Positions 50,398 to 63,500 of a stretch of DNA of 64,000 bases are shown here, in pieces (within the stretch, counting starts at the first letter, position 1; each line of letters opens with the position of its first letter). Source of the DNA: Marsupella aquatica (Eukaryota > Plantae > Marchantiophyta); the NCBI GenBank assembly GCA_973895155.1, contig OZ316891.1, positions 5,985,708-6,049,707 of the forward strand, in the 5' to 3' direction. The translations under genes and the position numbers were made by a program. The notes beneath the pieces are model-generated. The model was not told the origin of the DNA. It searched no databases and worked only from the letters and a program-made list of their open reading frames with translations.

Positions 50398-50922
50398 CTA
50401 GGGACAGGCATTTGGCCTGGGAACTGTAGGTGTACAGCTCTCATCTAGACCCGCTGCCGATGCAGCGGAGGCCCACAGAGTGGCCAGTGCTGGAAGAACA
50501 CTGTTACATCTCACATCGTCGATGCTCTTCACCTGGACTTGGACATTAATAACGCTAGGGTCATCCACGATGTTCTGTAAGTCGTTAGGGACATTCGAGT
50601 AGACTGTTTGGAGAGTGACCACAGCGCTTTGGGCGTCGGCGCTCAGGCCTTGCACCCTATCGAGGATCGCCAGCTGCACCGGTTCGTTAAGGGCGACCGC
50701 TTTAGCGTGTGCCGCTCCAGCACCCGGATCTGCGAGAGTGAAAGCTTTATTGAGAAAGTCGTTCACTTGGCTGACGTCTCGACTCCATTGCTTGATGGAC
50801 GCAGCAACTTCTGAGGCAGTCGGAGGATTTGTCGCCAGGAGTAGTCTACTGGCAGCAGAAGTTGGAGCAGCCAACAGAACGAGAGCAGCGAAGATCGATG
50901 CCGCTACAAATGAGCTCTTCAT
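50398..50922 (-). CDS. Small secreted protein (174 aa), function unknown, fungal-like
   Basis: ATG 50922 starts a clear signal peptide MKSSFVAASIFAALVLLAAPTSA. The mature part is helical and Ala-rich with W..DV..VNDFL, EP.QL..L, RC.SVLP.L..LW. A possible TATA lies near 51215. Confidence 0.75.
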   Translation of the reverse strand: MKSSFVAASIFAALVLLAAPTSAASRLLLATNPPTASEVAASIKQWSRDVSQVNDFLNKAFTLADPGAGAAHAKAVALNEPVQLAILDRVQGLSADAQSAVVTLQTVYSNVPNDLQNIVDDPSVINVQVQVKSIDDVRCNSVLPALATLWASAASAAGLDESCTPTVPRPNACP

Positions 50923-53900
50923 CTTGAAAGCTTGAACGAAATGTGAGCTAGCTTGCCACCCGAAGCCCGAAATCCCGTGTACTGTGAAGCATGTATCTAC
51001 TGACTTGAAATGTGCTCCAGACACAGACTGAGTGAGAACTGTAGGTCTGTCGTGTCGTATGAACTTGTTGGCAAGCTTGCTTGAGATCCCCGAACTTGCA
51101 CGGCCTGCGGAGTTCACTCTACCTGTTGAGTTGAGATCATGTGTTTCAGAGACTAAACTAAACCAAGGAGAAGATCTGTTGGTTGTTGTGGATTTGTGTG
51201 ATGATGTGAGATGTATATACTCCGTAGACGATAGACCAGAGTGATGCCTGTTGTGAGTAGTGTTGACGTTTGGCTGTGTTCTAGACTTTTTACAGCCCCA
51301 GAAACGTGCGGGTAAACGTGTTGACTATGTCAATCAGTTGAACGCAATCAGTCCTTGCGAAGGTATATTGTCAATTCGATACAATATTATTTTACCTTCG
51401 GTACGACACAATTCCTGTGGGTCCAAGGGAAGGACCGACACTCCACAAGACAAATTTTGAAATCCGGCTACGCAGTTCTCGATTAGCTGCTGGAAGATGC
51501 GAGGGCGTGGCGTGAGGACACGAGGAGCAAGGAGGGAGAGCGAAGGCGAAGAGCGAGCGGGGCAGGTACGGAGTTGCCGTCACGACTTAGTGTGTATTAA
51601 CATTTACATGACCCATTCTGTTTCAAACTTTTCTAGTCTGCGGAGTCGGGGGATTAATTAAACGTTGCTCAGCTCTTATTTGTATCGAGGCCGTTGGTAG
51701 TTGCATGCTTTTGTGGTGAGCATGTGTCCTGTGATGCTGGAGATGACCCGGACAAGGCATGGGCCTGCGCGCCTGACCTTGCTTTGAGATTCACCAACTT
51801 TGTTTGGAAACTAGCAGCAACGTCGTCTGTCTGCACATTTGGCAGGAGCCAGCAGCTTGGTGACTCCATCAGCCAACGTCCTCCTCAGCACCAGCGGAAG
51901 ACCCAGCCAACGTATTGTGAGTTACTCTCACTGGTTTGGCACGTAGCTTCTGTCCGGATCACACCTACGGTGCTTAATTTCTCAAGTTGAGAGTGAGGAA
52001 TGTGGTAATAAGATTGGATTCGCTGTTGAACCTAACCTGAGTCTCTAACGAAGATGTGGGAGCATGGTCTGATCCTTTTTGATCCTACCACGCTAGTCTT
52101 AGTCTTTGTCTCGATCCGAGAGCAAGTCAACACATTGTCTTTGCTGATCACTAGCAACCAAGAGGACCAGATTGCTTTCTTTGCCGGTTCCTCCATCCCA
52201 TTCAAAGGTGCTCAATGAGTAGGCTCTATGATCCGCTTTGTGGTCCTTAGATCCCAGTCAATCTTAGTAAGCGGCTAGGCACTGCACTGATTGAAAGAGG
52301 AAACCAGGTTGATGTAAATGCATTCTTCCTGAGTCTCAATTATTTTCCCAGGTAGCTTTTCTGAATCCAATTTGGGCATGTGGATCTTGAATTAGAACAT
52401 TGCCTGGTATTTTTTGGGGGTCAAATTTCCTTGCTTTCAAGTCACATTTCCAAAAGAGAGGGAATCAAGAATGATGCTTCAGTTTACCAAAATTTAAGCA
52501 ACAGACAAGAAAGGCGTATGGAGGACAAACTTCGAGAACGCGTTTTAACTAAGTACTGTAACCACCGTTGGAATTGCAAAGTAACCAATTTTTTTACACA
52601 TAGAACAAAGCCACATAATGGGTCCAAACACAGCTAGAATATTCTTTGAATAAATAAGATGATCACAATGACCAGAATGTGACAAATATGGGAGAATACA
52701 ATTAATTGAAAAGGTGTCTAAATATGGATCTTTGATCATGAATACTTTGATGGCCCACCTTCAAGCTACCCCGTGACAACTAACTATGACAAGTACTAGT
52801 TTATCCCAGCTTAAAAAAACCCCATGGACAAATACAACCTGGATGTACACAAAACAAGCCTAAGATTGTGCTTGTATAACACACTTTTCACGTGTGTTCC
52901 AATGGTGACTTGTAAAGAGCTGTCTGACCGGGAGGAGGAGGTTTTTGGTTGTTCTTCCTTTAGTCTATCCAGGCAGGAGCAACAGAGGAGGTTAAATGTA
53001 CTTAATGTTTAAATGTAGGTTAGCTTCCATTCATAAGACACTTGCAATCCATAATTTTGGGTGTCATTAGGGAGTGGTGTTACAGTGTCAACAAGCTGTG
53101 TCCATCCGGTCTGTCCCTACAAAGTTTGACTTACTACTAAATATAAATAATAATAATTTTACTAAAATTGGATTTCGAAATACTTTTGATAAGATTAAGA
53201 AGAACCCTATTCTAATAATCCAATGAAGGAGTGACACTGAATGGGTTGTTCAAGATATGTAAGCTTGTTTTATTGAATTATTTGGAATTGCATATTGAAA
53301 TGAATAAATGAGAAGATAAAGATTAAATAAGGTATTTTAAATGAAGAGAATTTTGATGATAATTAGTAGATTTTCATTAAAGATAAATAGCAATGCATTC
53401 ATGGTAATAGTCTCTATGCAAGCTTTTTCCCTTACTATCTGTATGTCTATACAATGCATAAAACATTCTATATGGTTCATATAAAATATCATTTTGTCCA
53501 TATGACACTCTTTACAATATTTAGTCTCACACACTTTAATTATTGTGAGATTCTATTTAAGGTAAGTGATGGTAATTAGGGTGTGTGACACTAATTGTCA
53601 TCACAAGTCAAATAGTCACACGCATTTTAAGTTAAAAAACTAGAATGAACAATAGTCAAATTTTGCTTATAAAACATTAAAAAATGTGCACAATGTTTGA
53701 TTATAGTTTACAAAATTTATTACTCAAACTAAATGAGCACCAACTGCCACGGTAGATGGTATCGATATGCAGAGGAAAATCGTCAATTTTGACAGCCTTA
53801 CTAGTATATAATCAACAAGACTACAAAATTTGCTAGAATAGATGAAAAATTCAAAATTAGACATTCGTCTAATACAGTATAGCTCAGTGGGCTCTTGCCT

Positions 53901-54052
53901 TCTTTGCCCTGCCTATTCGTCTAATAAAGTATAGATCAGTGGGCATGCGAAGATCAATGGTCATTAATTAGCCTTTGTGGATCTGTGTCATTTGCGTCCA
54001 AGTAGCACTTATCCTCTTGTTTTGTTGGGGCCCTGTCCCCCTCTGGCTCTAC

Positions 54053-54160
54053 GTAATGTCTCTCTTATGAGATTGTAAATTGAGTATTTTGTTGAGGAAT
54101 GATGCAGTAATGTCTCTCTTATGAGATTGTAAATTGAGTATTTTGTTGAGGAATGATGCA
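54053..54160. repeat. 54-bp perfect tandem duplication spanning the TSD/LTR junction
   Basis: gtaatgtctctcttatgagattgtaaattgagtattttgttgaggaatgatgca at 54053-54106 and 54107-54160. Confidence 0.92.
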
Positions 54161-57100
54161 GGAAATGATAATGAGATTCTTCTCTTTAGAATGAATGAGT
54201 GTATCTCTTTATCTAATCTTCGTCCGAGTTATCCTATATGGTAACTATGGTTGAGGTAACCATGGAGTCTAGTTAGGGTATAACACTCCCCTTTGGCTAT
54301 ATAGTGATAACTATGTAAATAAAAAGTTTTCTAATTAGATTATTATGTTTATAAACATGACATGATTTGAATACAAATGAGGAAGGTATTGTCTGGTTAA
54401 AACCTTTAACAGCTCTAAAAAACTCAATCAGAGTAATAGAGAAAAAAAAAATTCTCGGCTCTAAAGGAAAAAGTGTACAGCCCTGTCGGTCCTTAAGTGA
54501 ATCCGGTGGTATGTGGAGTTAACAGCAACAACTCCACTCTGTCAAAATGAACAAGTTGTTGTATGCTCAACGACTCAACAATAACACGACATGTCTCCAA
54601 ATCGCTCACCATCGTGCATACATCCGCACATACATCCTCGTATCGAATATAAATTAAAACATATATGAAAAAATGAATAGTAATTAAATTATTATCATAA
54701 AATCACTTGTCCGTGGCTCATCTGCGCAAAGTATAAAGTATAATAATAAATAATGTCATCTCGTGCAATTGAGTGCGTAAAGTATGGGATGTAAAAAGTC
54801 CAAAAAATATGATTTCCCTCTCAAAACAAGGTTTCAAGAAATATATTATTCTCGTAAAACTCAAATATCAAAACTCAAATATCAAAACTTTTCCTTAGAG
54901 TTCAAGGATTCTTAATTAGATTCTTAAATAGAAGGTTCTTGTGCAAAATACACAATTCGCAAGCGTGTGTAGTCGACACACAAAGAAATCTCTCAATCTT
55001 AGATTTCAAAAACATGTAGTATCAAATAGTTTTTATATGAAAAATGATCTAAAGTACCAAAGGGTGTGCATTCACAACACCAGCGGGTGTGTGTATAATA
55101 TGGCACGTCTGCCCTGCACGTCTACAGTTCTCATGTTTTGACAAAAAGTGTCAAGTCAATATAACTTCACAAATAACCCTGTGGAATCCATGTCGAACGT
55201 CCATGTGTGTCATAGCACAAAAAAATGCTAGCTCAAAATGATTCGCTATCTTGCGGAGGTAAAGTGATATTCATAAACGTCAAACAGCTCCGCATAAAAA
55301 TAGTTTAGAGCTAGTGATAGTCAAAAGATCCCACTTAATGACCAAGTACCAAAATGTACTCGTAGTGGGTAAATCAAGTGTGATTGGGGTATGAGAAAAT
55401 AAATTCCCCCCCCTAAATATGCATTTTATGCATATATTATAGTTGAAAGCTAAAATTAAGTTGGACCGGACAAAGTTATGGGGTTTGCCTATATTAACCC
55501 CTCATTACTCATTCTCATTTGAGTTTACTTCGGGTTTCTAAATATTCGCAGTTAAACCCCTAAAGGGTTATTGATTATCCGCTTTTGGATATGGCCGGAA
55601 ACTAAGGTCATGGAACTACCCTGAAATACTGTACCTTAGATTATTCTGGATCTTTCGTGAGAAACATATCTGCCATCAATCACTGGATCTCAGAAAATCT
55701 ATACCTTACCAAAATACCTCAAAAACTAGGTCATATAGCATGGTTAAAGGTATGGTATTAGCTCAATACTTAAAAATTATCATCCCACCAAACAATGGCT
55801 ATAAAAGTTCTCGTTTGAGTTGTTTATGGTGTAAAGACCATGAGGATAAGACCCTTAAGTAAGATATTGCCCTAATTTAGGGTGTAAATGGGTGTAAACC
55901 CATGTGAATTGGTGTAAAAGTTGTAAATGATCAATTTACACACAAAAAGTGTATGGACCAAAGTTTACTCCCCCTGATGGTGTAAATTGGTGTAAACCAG
56001 TGTAAATGCTATAAGCAAGTGTAATCTGGTGTAACGAGTGTAAACAAGTATAAACCCAATGTAAAGCATGGGATTATACAATGGTAAGACATACGCCAAT
56101 GTAAACTGGTGTCATGAGGTATAATCTAGAATGGTATCATTAGGTGTAAACTAGGGGTGTAAAATGGTATAAAAACCATTTTGTGATTGAAATGGATGTA
56201 ACAACCACTTTGTAAATGGAAAGTAGAGGTATTTGGTATAAAACCATTATTTCCAATGTGCAAAGTCAAGTAAGGGTGGTATGACATGTAAATATGCCAA
56301 ATGCATGTAAAGCATGTGTTGCACATGTAAGGCATGTTAATGTATGCAAATTCAACAAGTGACATGTAATTTTCCTAAACCAGTTGATGTGTTTACATGT
56401 GTAAACTGTGTAAATTGCTGTGTAAATTTGCAATGTGCACTTATCATTTTCCATTTCATGTGTTTATCCATCAATGCAAAACATCCGTTGTCAACAAGAT
56501 TTTCTTTGTTAATATGTGCATATATGGATAGTTTTTCAAAAATGAAGATTTTGCACTGAAACACATGGGATTCTCTTGTCTTTGGATAAGTGCACCCAAG
56601 CATTTGTATTTCAGAAACTCTTTACTATACTGTGCATTTAATGAGGGTTGCACTTATCTGGTGTTTGAGTTTTTCTCGAGGATTTTGAGATCGAATGTTG
56701 CATGTTTAAGTCACTCATGTGTGTCTCTTGAAATCTCACTTGTCGCTTTGGCTCATTCTTTGATTGCGATCAGCTTCTCAGGCTCATTCTTGGACAAGCA
56801 TAACATTCCATATTTAGGATTCAGAAAATGCTATCAGATCTAGACCCCACAACGATGACTCGTTTCTTTCGCTGGATGCCATCTCCCGTACGTTCACAAC
56901 CAAAGCCAAGATGTTCTTCCTCCACGACATTTGCTTCTATCTTCTCCAATTTGATACGACTCTATCAAATGGCTCTTATTGGAATCTTCATTGAATCAGC
57001 AAACGACCAATTCAACATCCATGTTTGGGCTCTTGTAATGCCTGTACTTCACTAGATCATGTGTAATGGGCATTTCCTTTCATCCTTTATGGCTCGCAGA

Positions 57101-57876
57101 TCGACCAACAAGAAACTGTCAGCGGTTGAGAAACATTGTGAAATTCAGGGAAAGAGAAGGCGCCTGCGTTCGTCCCTTATGAGGTTAGGGTTTTGAAAGA
57201 TTTTCTTATGATCCCGATCGGGTCCTGATTTGCTCTCGATCCACCCGGCTTCATTCAAGGCTGTCTCTGTTTGGCTTCCGGTCTCTGCTCTTCTCTTTCT
57301 GCCTCTTGTTAAGGTTGTCAACTCATCGCCTCGAGTGATTTAGGTTGAGGCATGGTTGGGTAGAAGGAAGCAGCGTGGCTGAACTCGATCTCTCTTGCCT
57401 CAGCCATAGCATTCCACTTGACTCAAATCATTGCCTTGAATACTGCTTTCCCACACGATCTTCAAAATCACCCTTTAAAACAAAATTTCTTTTGATCATA
57501 TCACAGCCTTCATAAGCTTGCTCTCGGCGCGACCACAATGCTACATCCTGTCGTTGCTTCAACGTGACTCATGTTCTCTTGGTGGTTCAAATTACTAGCT
57601 TTCTCACTCCCAATTCAATTCTCCTCCATAACTTGGAAATCCTTAAGAGAACATTCATTCATCATAGCCATAGGGAAATTCCTAAAAAAAATTCATGATC
57701 AAGCTCAGCTGGTCTAGAGTCGCGCTGATAACGTGTTGAGGAATGATGCGGGAAATGATAATGAGATTCCTCTCTTTAGAATGAATGAGTGCATTTCTTA
57801 TATATAGTCTCCGTCCGAGTTATCCTATATGGTAACTATGGTTAAGGTAATCATGGAGTCTAGTTAGGGTATAACA
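54144..57876 (-). mobile_element. Non-autonomous LTR retrotransposon (short LTRs, half-tRNA-Ile PBS; Bianca-like copia)
   Basis: LTRs 54144-54285 and 57734-57876 (TG..CA, 142/143 bp), TSD TATTT at 54139-54143 and 57877-57881, PPT (ctcccctttggc on +) at 54286, PBS immediately left of 57734. The 3.4-kb interior has no intact ORF. Confidence 0.9.
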
Positions 57877-60599
57877 TATTTCACAATCATTTTGAATCTT
57901 TCTACATATTTGACGTCCTTAGGAAATATCAACAAACTACAAAACTTGACGTCCCTCTTAGGAAATAATTATGAACAAGGTTACAGGGGTTCCTTTAGTA
58001 TTCGATAGATTACTCGTCTTCTCTTGACTGAGAAGCCCTGCAGACGTCGACTCGCCCAAGTAAGAGGAAGGGACTTTGGTGGTGAAATCAAGTGGGGTGT
58101 GGGGATTTAAGGCTGTAATGGAGAAAGCAGCTTGGGGACAAGTGCTAATGGACGCAACAAGTCAGGATCAATCGTTTTGGGAAAAGGTCAATTATCCTTG
58201 CTCCTCCAACCTCAATCCAAACAGCGTTTCTCCTGTTCATTGATGTTACATACTGGTGGATGTAACAACCATAATCTGGAAACGCTTAAACATTTCACTA
58301 TCCGAAAATCAGGTGCAGTAAAAGCTATCTCACAACGTACTTGTACATGGCTCTTGATTTAAATTTTATTTATAAAAAAATTCTTTATAAAGCTGAAATT
58401 TGTGAAATACTAGTGATCAGCCAGTCACAACTTTTGAACCCAAGAACTATGAGTCACTACTCAAGTAAACTACCTGGGCAACCATCCTGATTTTGAAGTG
58501 GCTTCTTGTGCATTAGAAGTTACGGGAATCTCATGATCGACAGCGCACAATCTACTATTGCTGGCGTCTTAATGTTTGATTTTAATTCTTTAACTTGTGC
58601 AATTCTAAACTTCTGGAGTCTCCAGATTATCACATGACAGTTAGTTGCTGTTGATCGTTGGGCGAGATATTCTGGGACAATCAAAGACATCTTTGATGTT
58701 GATCGGAAAGCCATCAGTTCAAGGACCTCGACAGAAAAATAAAATTATATGGATATGTGAGGCTTGTTTAGAATCATCCTCCGCATGAGTACAATTTCCA
58801 ATTGCCTAGGCAAACTGATACACCAAGACTCTTTCGCCACTAGTAGTTTTTATCTCGACTTTTGTATCGCAGATATTCCCAAATGTTGACGAGTCCCAAG
58901 TCCAATGAAGAAAGAGTCTCAACAGAGAGAAAGACGGTAGATTCCCCATACTACCCCTTTGCGGATAAGATCGTAGCTCAGTGGATACCTCTACGTGCTC
59001 TGCAAGAACCCAACTACAAATACACAAATATCAATCAACGCGTTCCTTGCTAAGCTAGGTACCTTGGTAGACAAGAGATCACTGAAGTGTAGATGTATCA
59101 TTATAGGTCTTGTGAGCTCTTACTTTTCCTTGCAAGAAGGATATAAAAGTTACCTTTCTTCTTCGTTGCTCGTTCAAAACTGCATTCCGCTCTACGTGTC
59201 GACCAGTTGAGCAATGATATACAGTAGTGTCAATCTTACATGTCCTAGCTGCACTATGTTTGAATTTGCCGTTGCCACTTGAAAGTCGCCGACAACATTG
59301 AGCAAAATGGCGTATTTTATTCTGGCCTGGGTAACCATGGCGATTATTCTCTTCCGAGTTATTGCACATCTACAGAGTCGATAAGTTATGGGCCTGAAAT
59401 CTGTAAGATTACAGTTGCCTAGTTAACACATTTACAGCACTGGTTTTCGCCTTAGATTTTCCCTTTTTACAATGTCACATTCATTTCGTGATGCTACTTT
59501 CTAGGTGCCTCTAGCCATCTGGCTCGTGTAACTTCATTGATGAAACTGCTATTTCGCCTGTCAAGGAAACTTATGACAATGGATTATTAGTTTGCGGCTA
59601 GACGTGAGGCTTTCAATGCTCTAGGAGTGTTAGCTCGGATGATTATCCTGTTTTCTTGAAAGCCTCATGTTCGGGCTTATCTTCCAAAAGCGCTGGGAGA
59701 AGTTATAGCAACAATGTCAACCACGCAGCCTCATATAGAAGCGTGACTGTTGGAGACGTTTTGTCAAACTTCAGTACCAAGGAGTGAAGATGGGGACATT
59801 TTTGGTTCGTTATTTGGATGCAAGTGATTGATGTCACGGCATGAATCATAACTGATCGATGATTTGAGGCTCAAATCATGCAAATCCTGTACATTCTCGA
59901 TCAAACATTCAAAATCAGATGGATGCGGCGAGATAAACATATCTTCTTTGGATCTGATTCTTCAGAAGTTAAAAGTGTGGTGGAGAGAGTAGGAGCGGGA
60001 ACCTGCAACGCTCCACGTGGATGTGTTTTAATCACAAAGAAAATCTCGGTTCACGCAATCTCGTCCTTCTTTGAACACTCAGAAAGTTCTTAGTGCTGCT
60101 TCTCAAATCACAAGGAGGATACGTGTTTTCAAAAGCAAGTCAATCTTGGTGTCCAGGGTGGCAACCTAACACCAATGTCATACAGAGGATTCAGGATTTT
60201 GTGAAACGCACAATGCAAGGTCAAGCATCTACCACTAATCAATCATTCACATCGAACTTTCCATATCTTTATGCACTTATCTTTGCTCAATTTCCTCACC
60301 AAGTACACTTGGACACTACAGATCATCCGAAATTAACAGATACATGTATTCCAGATTTCAACATTTTTGTAACAATCACGACACATTGGAGAATTGTGTC
60401 ATTGGAGAATTGTGTTGATGTTCCACTCACAATCAATACTGGAGCAGATTTGGTTATCTGGATCATGTGGTTTATGGAGATGTCCATTTTTGACTTTTTT
60501 GCTTTGATGAATAGGTTCGCCCGTCCATTTGCATCTAGTCCCATATATGCTGAACTCTTGAATGGCCCAATCCAGTCTCTATGTAATGACACAGCGTTT

Positions 60600-63500
60600 G
60601 ATGTAACTAGTCTGCTTCTGCGCAAAAGGACATTTTGGGGTTCACGCGATATTCTTGGCCCAATCCTGTCTCTATCTGACCAAAGCTAGCGATCAGATTC
60701 TATTGTAAATCTCAAATAAGCCTAGGGGAGAGGAAAGCATTACCCAATTGAACCATATATCTGACTGTACTGGCCTCATCGTTTATCAGACTATCCCTTG
60801 GCAAGGTAATCCGTTCATTTGTCACATGGGCGGACCGCGGACATGACGAGTAAACGATTGTCAATGTGAAGAGTTCCCGAGGATAATCCAGACTAATGTC
60901 AAAGCTCTCATGATCACTGCGCGCCAACTCTGAGCAACATCCAAGTCTAGAACTTAACTTCGATGAGTTTGTTTCCTGCGATAAACTACTTCACTTAATA
61001 CAGGAAGTGGAGTTGGGCCTTTAGCGAAGTAAATTTCACACTGCATGATGGTCTCCCCATTCAGGCGCAGTCCAGGATCAATCATGAAACCCACTTTGGG
61101 AACGAGCCTCTCATCATCGTCAAGCTGCACAATTGTCGACTTCATGTGTTTTGGATCCCAGTCGGCACCGTCCTCAACTTTCAATACAGTGGCAGGCCGT
61201 TCGAACGAGAAGGCTAGCTTGTGCAACAGCCACACAGTTTTTGCAGCGGATTTGAAAGATGAAAGGAGATCAGGACCGCCAAGTTCGTCTAGAAAGTTGA
61301 CGACAGACCTGTCCCCATCGCACACAGGAAACAGTTTCCACAGAATAGAACAGACTTTCATTTCGCAAAACATTTCAAATTGTGGGTCCTCAATTGTGTC
61401 AGATTTCTTCTCTCGTTCGAGAAGATAGTACTCGTAGAACATTTCGTGACGACGGTTGGGGTCTGGAAACCTCGAAACACCATACCTGGTGTTGAAAGTT
61501 TCTTCCTCAAACCCTTCAAAAAATGCTCTCATCACGAGCGATTTGAAATAATGGCTTGAATGTTGTGGCCTCACAAGGAAGACAGCAGGCTCGTCCAGCG
61601 ATAACTCCGGCCTTGTTCTAAGACAGTCCAAGAGTATTTTCTGGAACGTTGCCACAGCAGCCGTAGTTCCGGACATATCCATATTGAGGTGCGTTGGCTT
61701 GGGAGCTCCATCGGCGTAGAAACCGCAAATTGCATTCTGAATATTGTGATCGCGGTTTGACTGCTTGGGCTGCAATTTCTCAGAAGACTCGTCGCCGCCA
61801 GAACTCTTCTGCACCTTGACGAGTACTTCCAGACTATGATCACTATTGATTTGGTTACCTCGTCCCAGCCGCAGCCTCTTGCAACGGTGTTTCACTCCGT
61901 CGGCGGAATTTTGGGTAGCTTGAGCCAGTCCTTTGTGAAACTTCTTGAGACGCTCTAGTTTAGCTAGCATTCCAGCTTCGAAACCTTCGATTTCCTGGCC
62001 ACAGAGCCTGTATTTGAGATTTAACTCCTCGTTGTTTTTCTGAAGTAGTCGCTTCTCTTTCTGTTCGACTGATAGTTTCTCTTGCAATGATTGGCACTCG
62101 AGTTTCACCCTGAGTATCTCAGCGGCATGTGCATGATTCAAGATGGCGATGTCTGCGTTGTGTACCTCCTCTAGGTCACCTCGAAATTGTCTCACTTCCT
62201 TTTCGATGCTGGTGAATTTAACACGACAAGACATCCTTCGATTGTGAACGACGTGTTGAATCTGTTCAAGTAGACATGATTGTAGACATATTGACTTACG
62301 AAGTCCACAATCCACCACATCCGGATGAGGCATTGTTGACTGATCTGGTTGACTCGATGGGACGCTTTCCATATCAGCCATACCGTTGGCTCCCCTGATC
62401 GACACATCAGTGTTCACATTGGCCATGCCAGTCCCACATTGAAGAGGAATACCCTCTCTATTGCGATTGGGTCCTACGTATTTTTTGGAAACTGACCTCT
62501 TTGACCGTGTGGGTGGCGGTGATGTGTCTTGTTCATCGAACTCATGACACTCATCAGGAGGGGGTTTTCTGGCCCTACCTCTTTTGACTACTATAGACGC
62601 CATGGAGGATTCGAAAATAGTCCTAGTGTGAAGATTGGTTACCCCGGAAAAAAGACAACACTAAAAAGCAACTACCATAGATACAATGCACGGCGTCACA
62701 ATGTTCCACTCACTCAACCCGTTTCGGAAGCAGAACATTAAAACCGATCTTGTTTGGCGATTGTGCTAGAGCTTTGACAAATTTTGGCACAAGTAGAATT
62801 GAAGTCAAGGACGCAAACAATTTGAAGTCTGGACATAGTGAACTGACATCATCCTAAGCAAAAGCACATATATGGGCCGATTGCCAAGCAATAAGCTGCG
62901 TGTACTTCAATACTAGCACAGAAGGAAACTATGGAATCGAACCTGTCAAACCCACAACTCTGGATGATCATACATAGACTGCGTGAAAAGCTTGCTCCAG
63001 ATGATTCCGAAGGACTAATGGATCTTGCGTTCTTAATCCAAGAACAGAACATTCTGATCGAGAAAGTACTCGACCTATAGTATTGCATCACTCGATCTTC
63101 GGCCCCGGAACTTGGATTGAAGCTGGTCTTGCTCAAGTCTACAGTAGTACCACTCTAACGAGATACATTGGCCTCACATTAGCAACATCCTCCCACATGC
63201 TTCAAATGTAGTAACGGATCTAGTAGCGGCCCTTTGGTGAAACTTTGGGGAGAATTTGGGGAAACTAGGTACGTTATTACATTTGGGGAGACTAGGGGAA
63301 ACGATGGTTTGAGTCGTGTGTGACCAACTCGCTTTGGTTATGGACATAGTGTGCTTGTAATTAGTACTTAGCTCCTAACACAAGAAGTAATCAGGACGTA
63401 AAACAGCTCCAGCGCAGTACCGATGGCCTGCGTTAGCCGAATCAATATCTCGATAGGGCCATGGATATAGCCCAAATTAAGCTGCAAGCTGGGCACCGAT

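Noticed and set aside
57702-57733. tRNA-Ile gene
   Set aside because: Only the 5' half is present and it abuts the LTR; interpreted as a primer-binding site.
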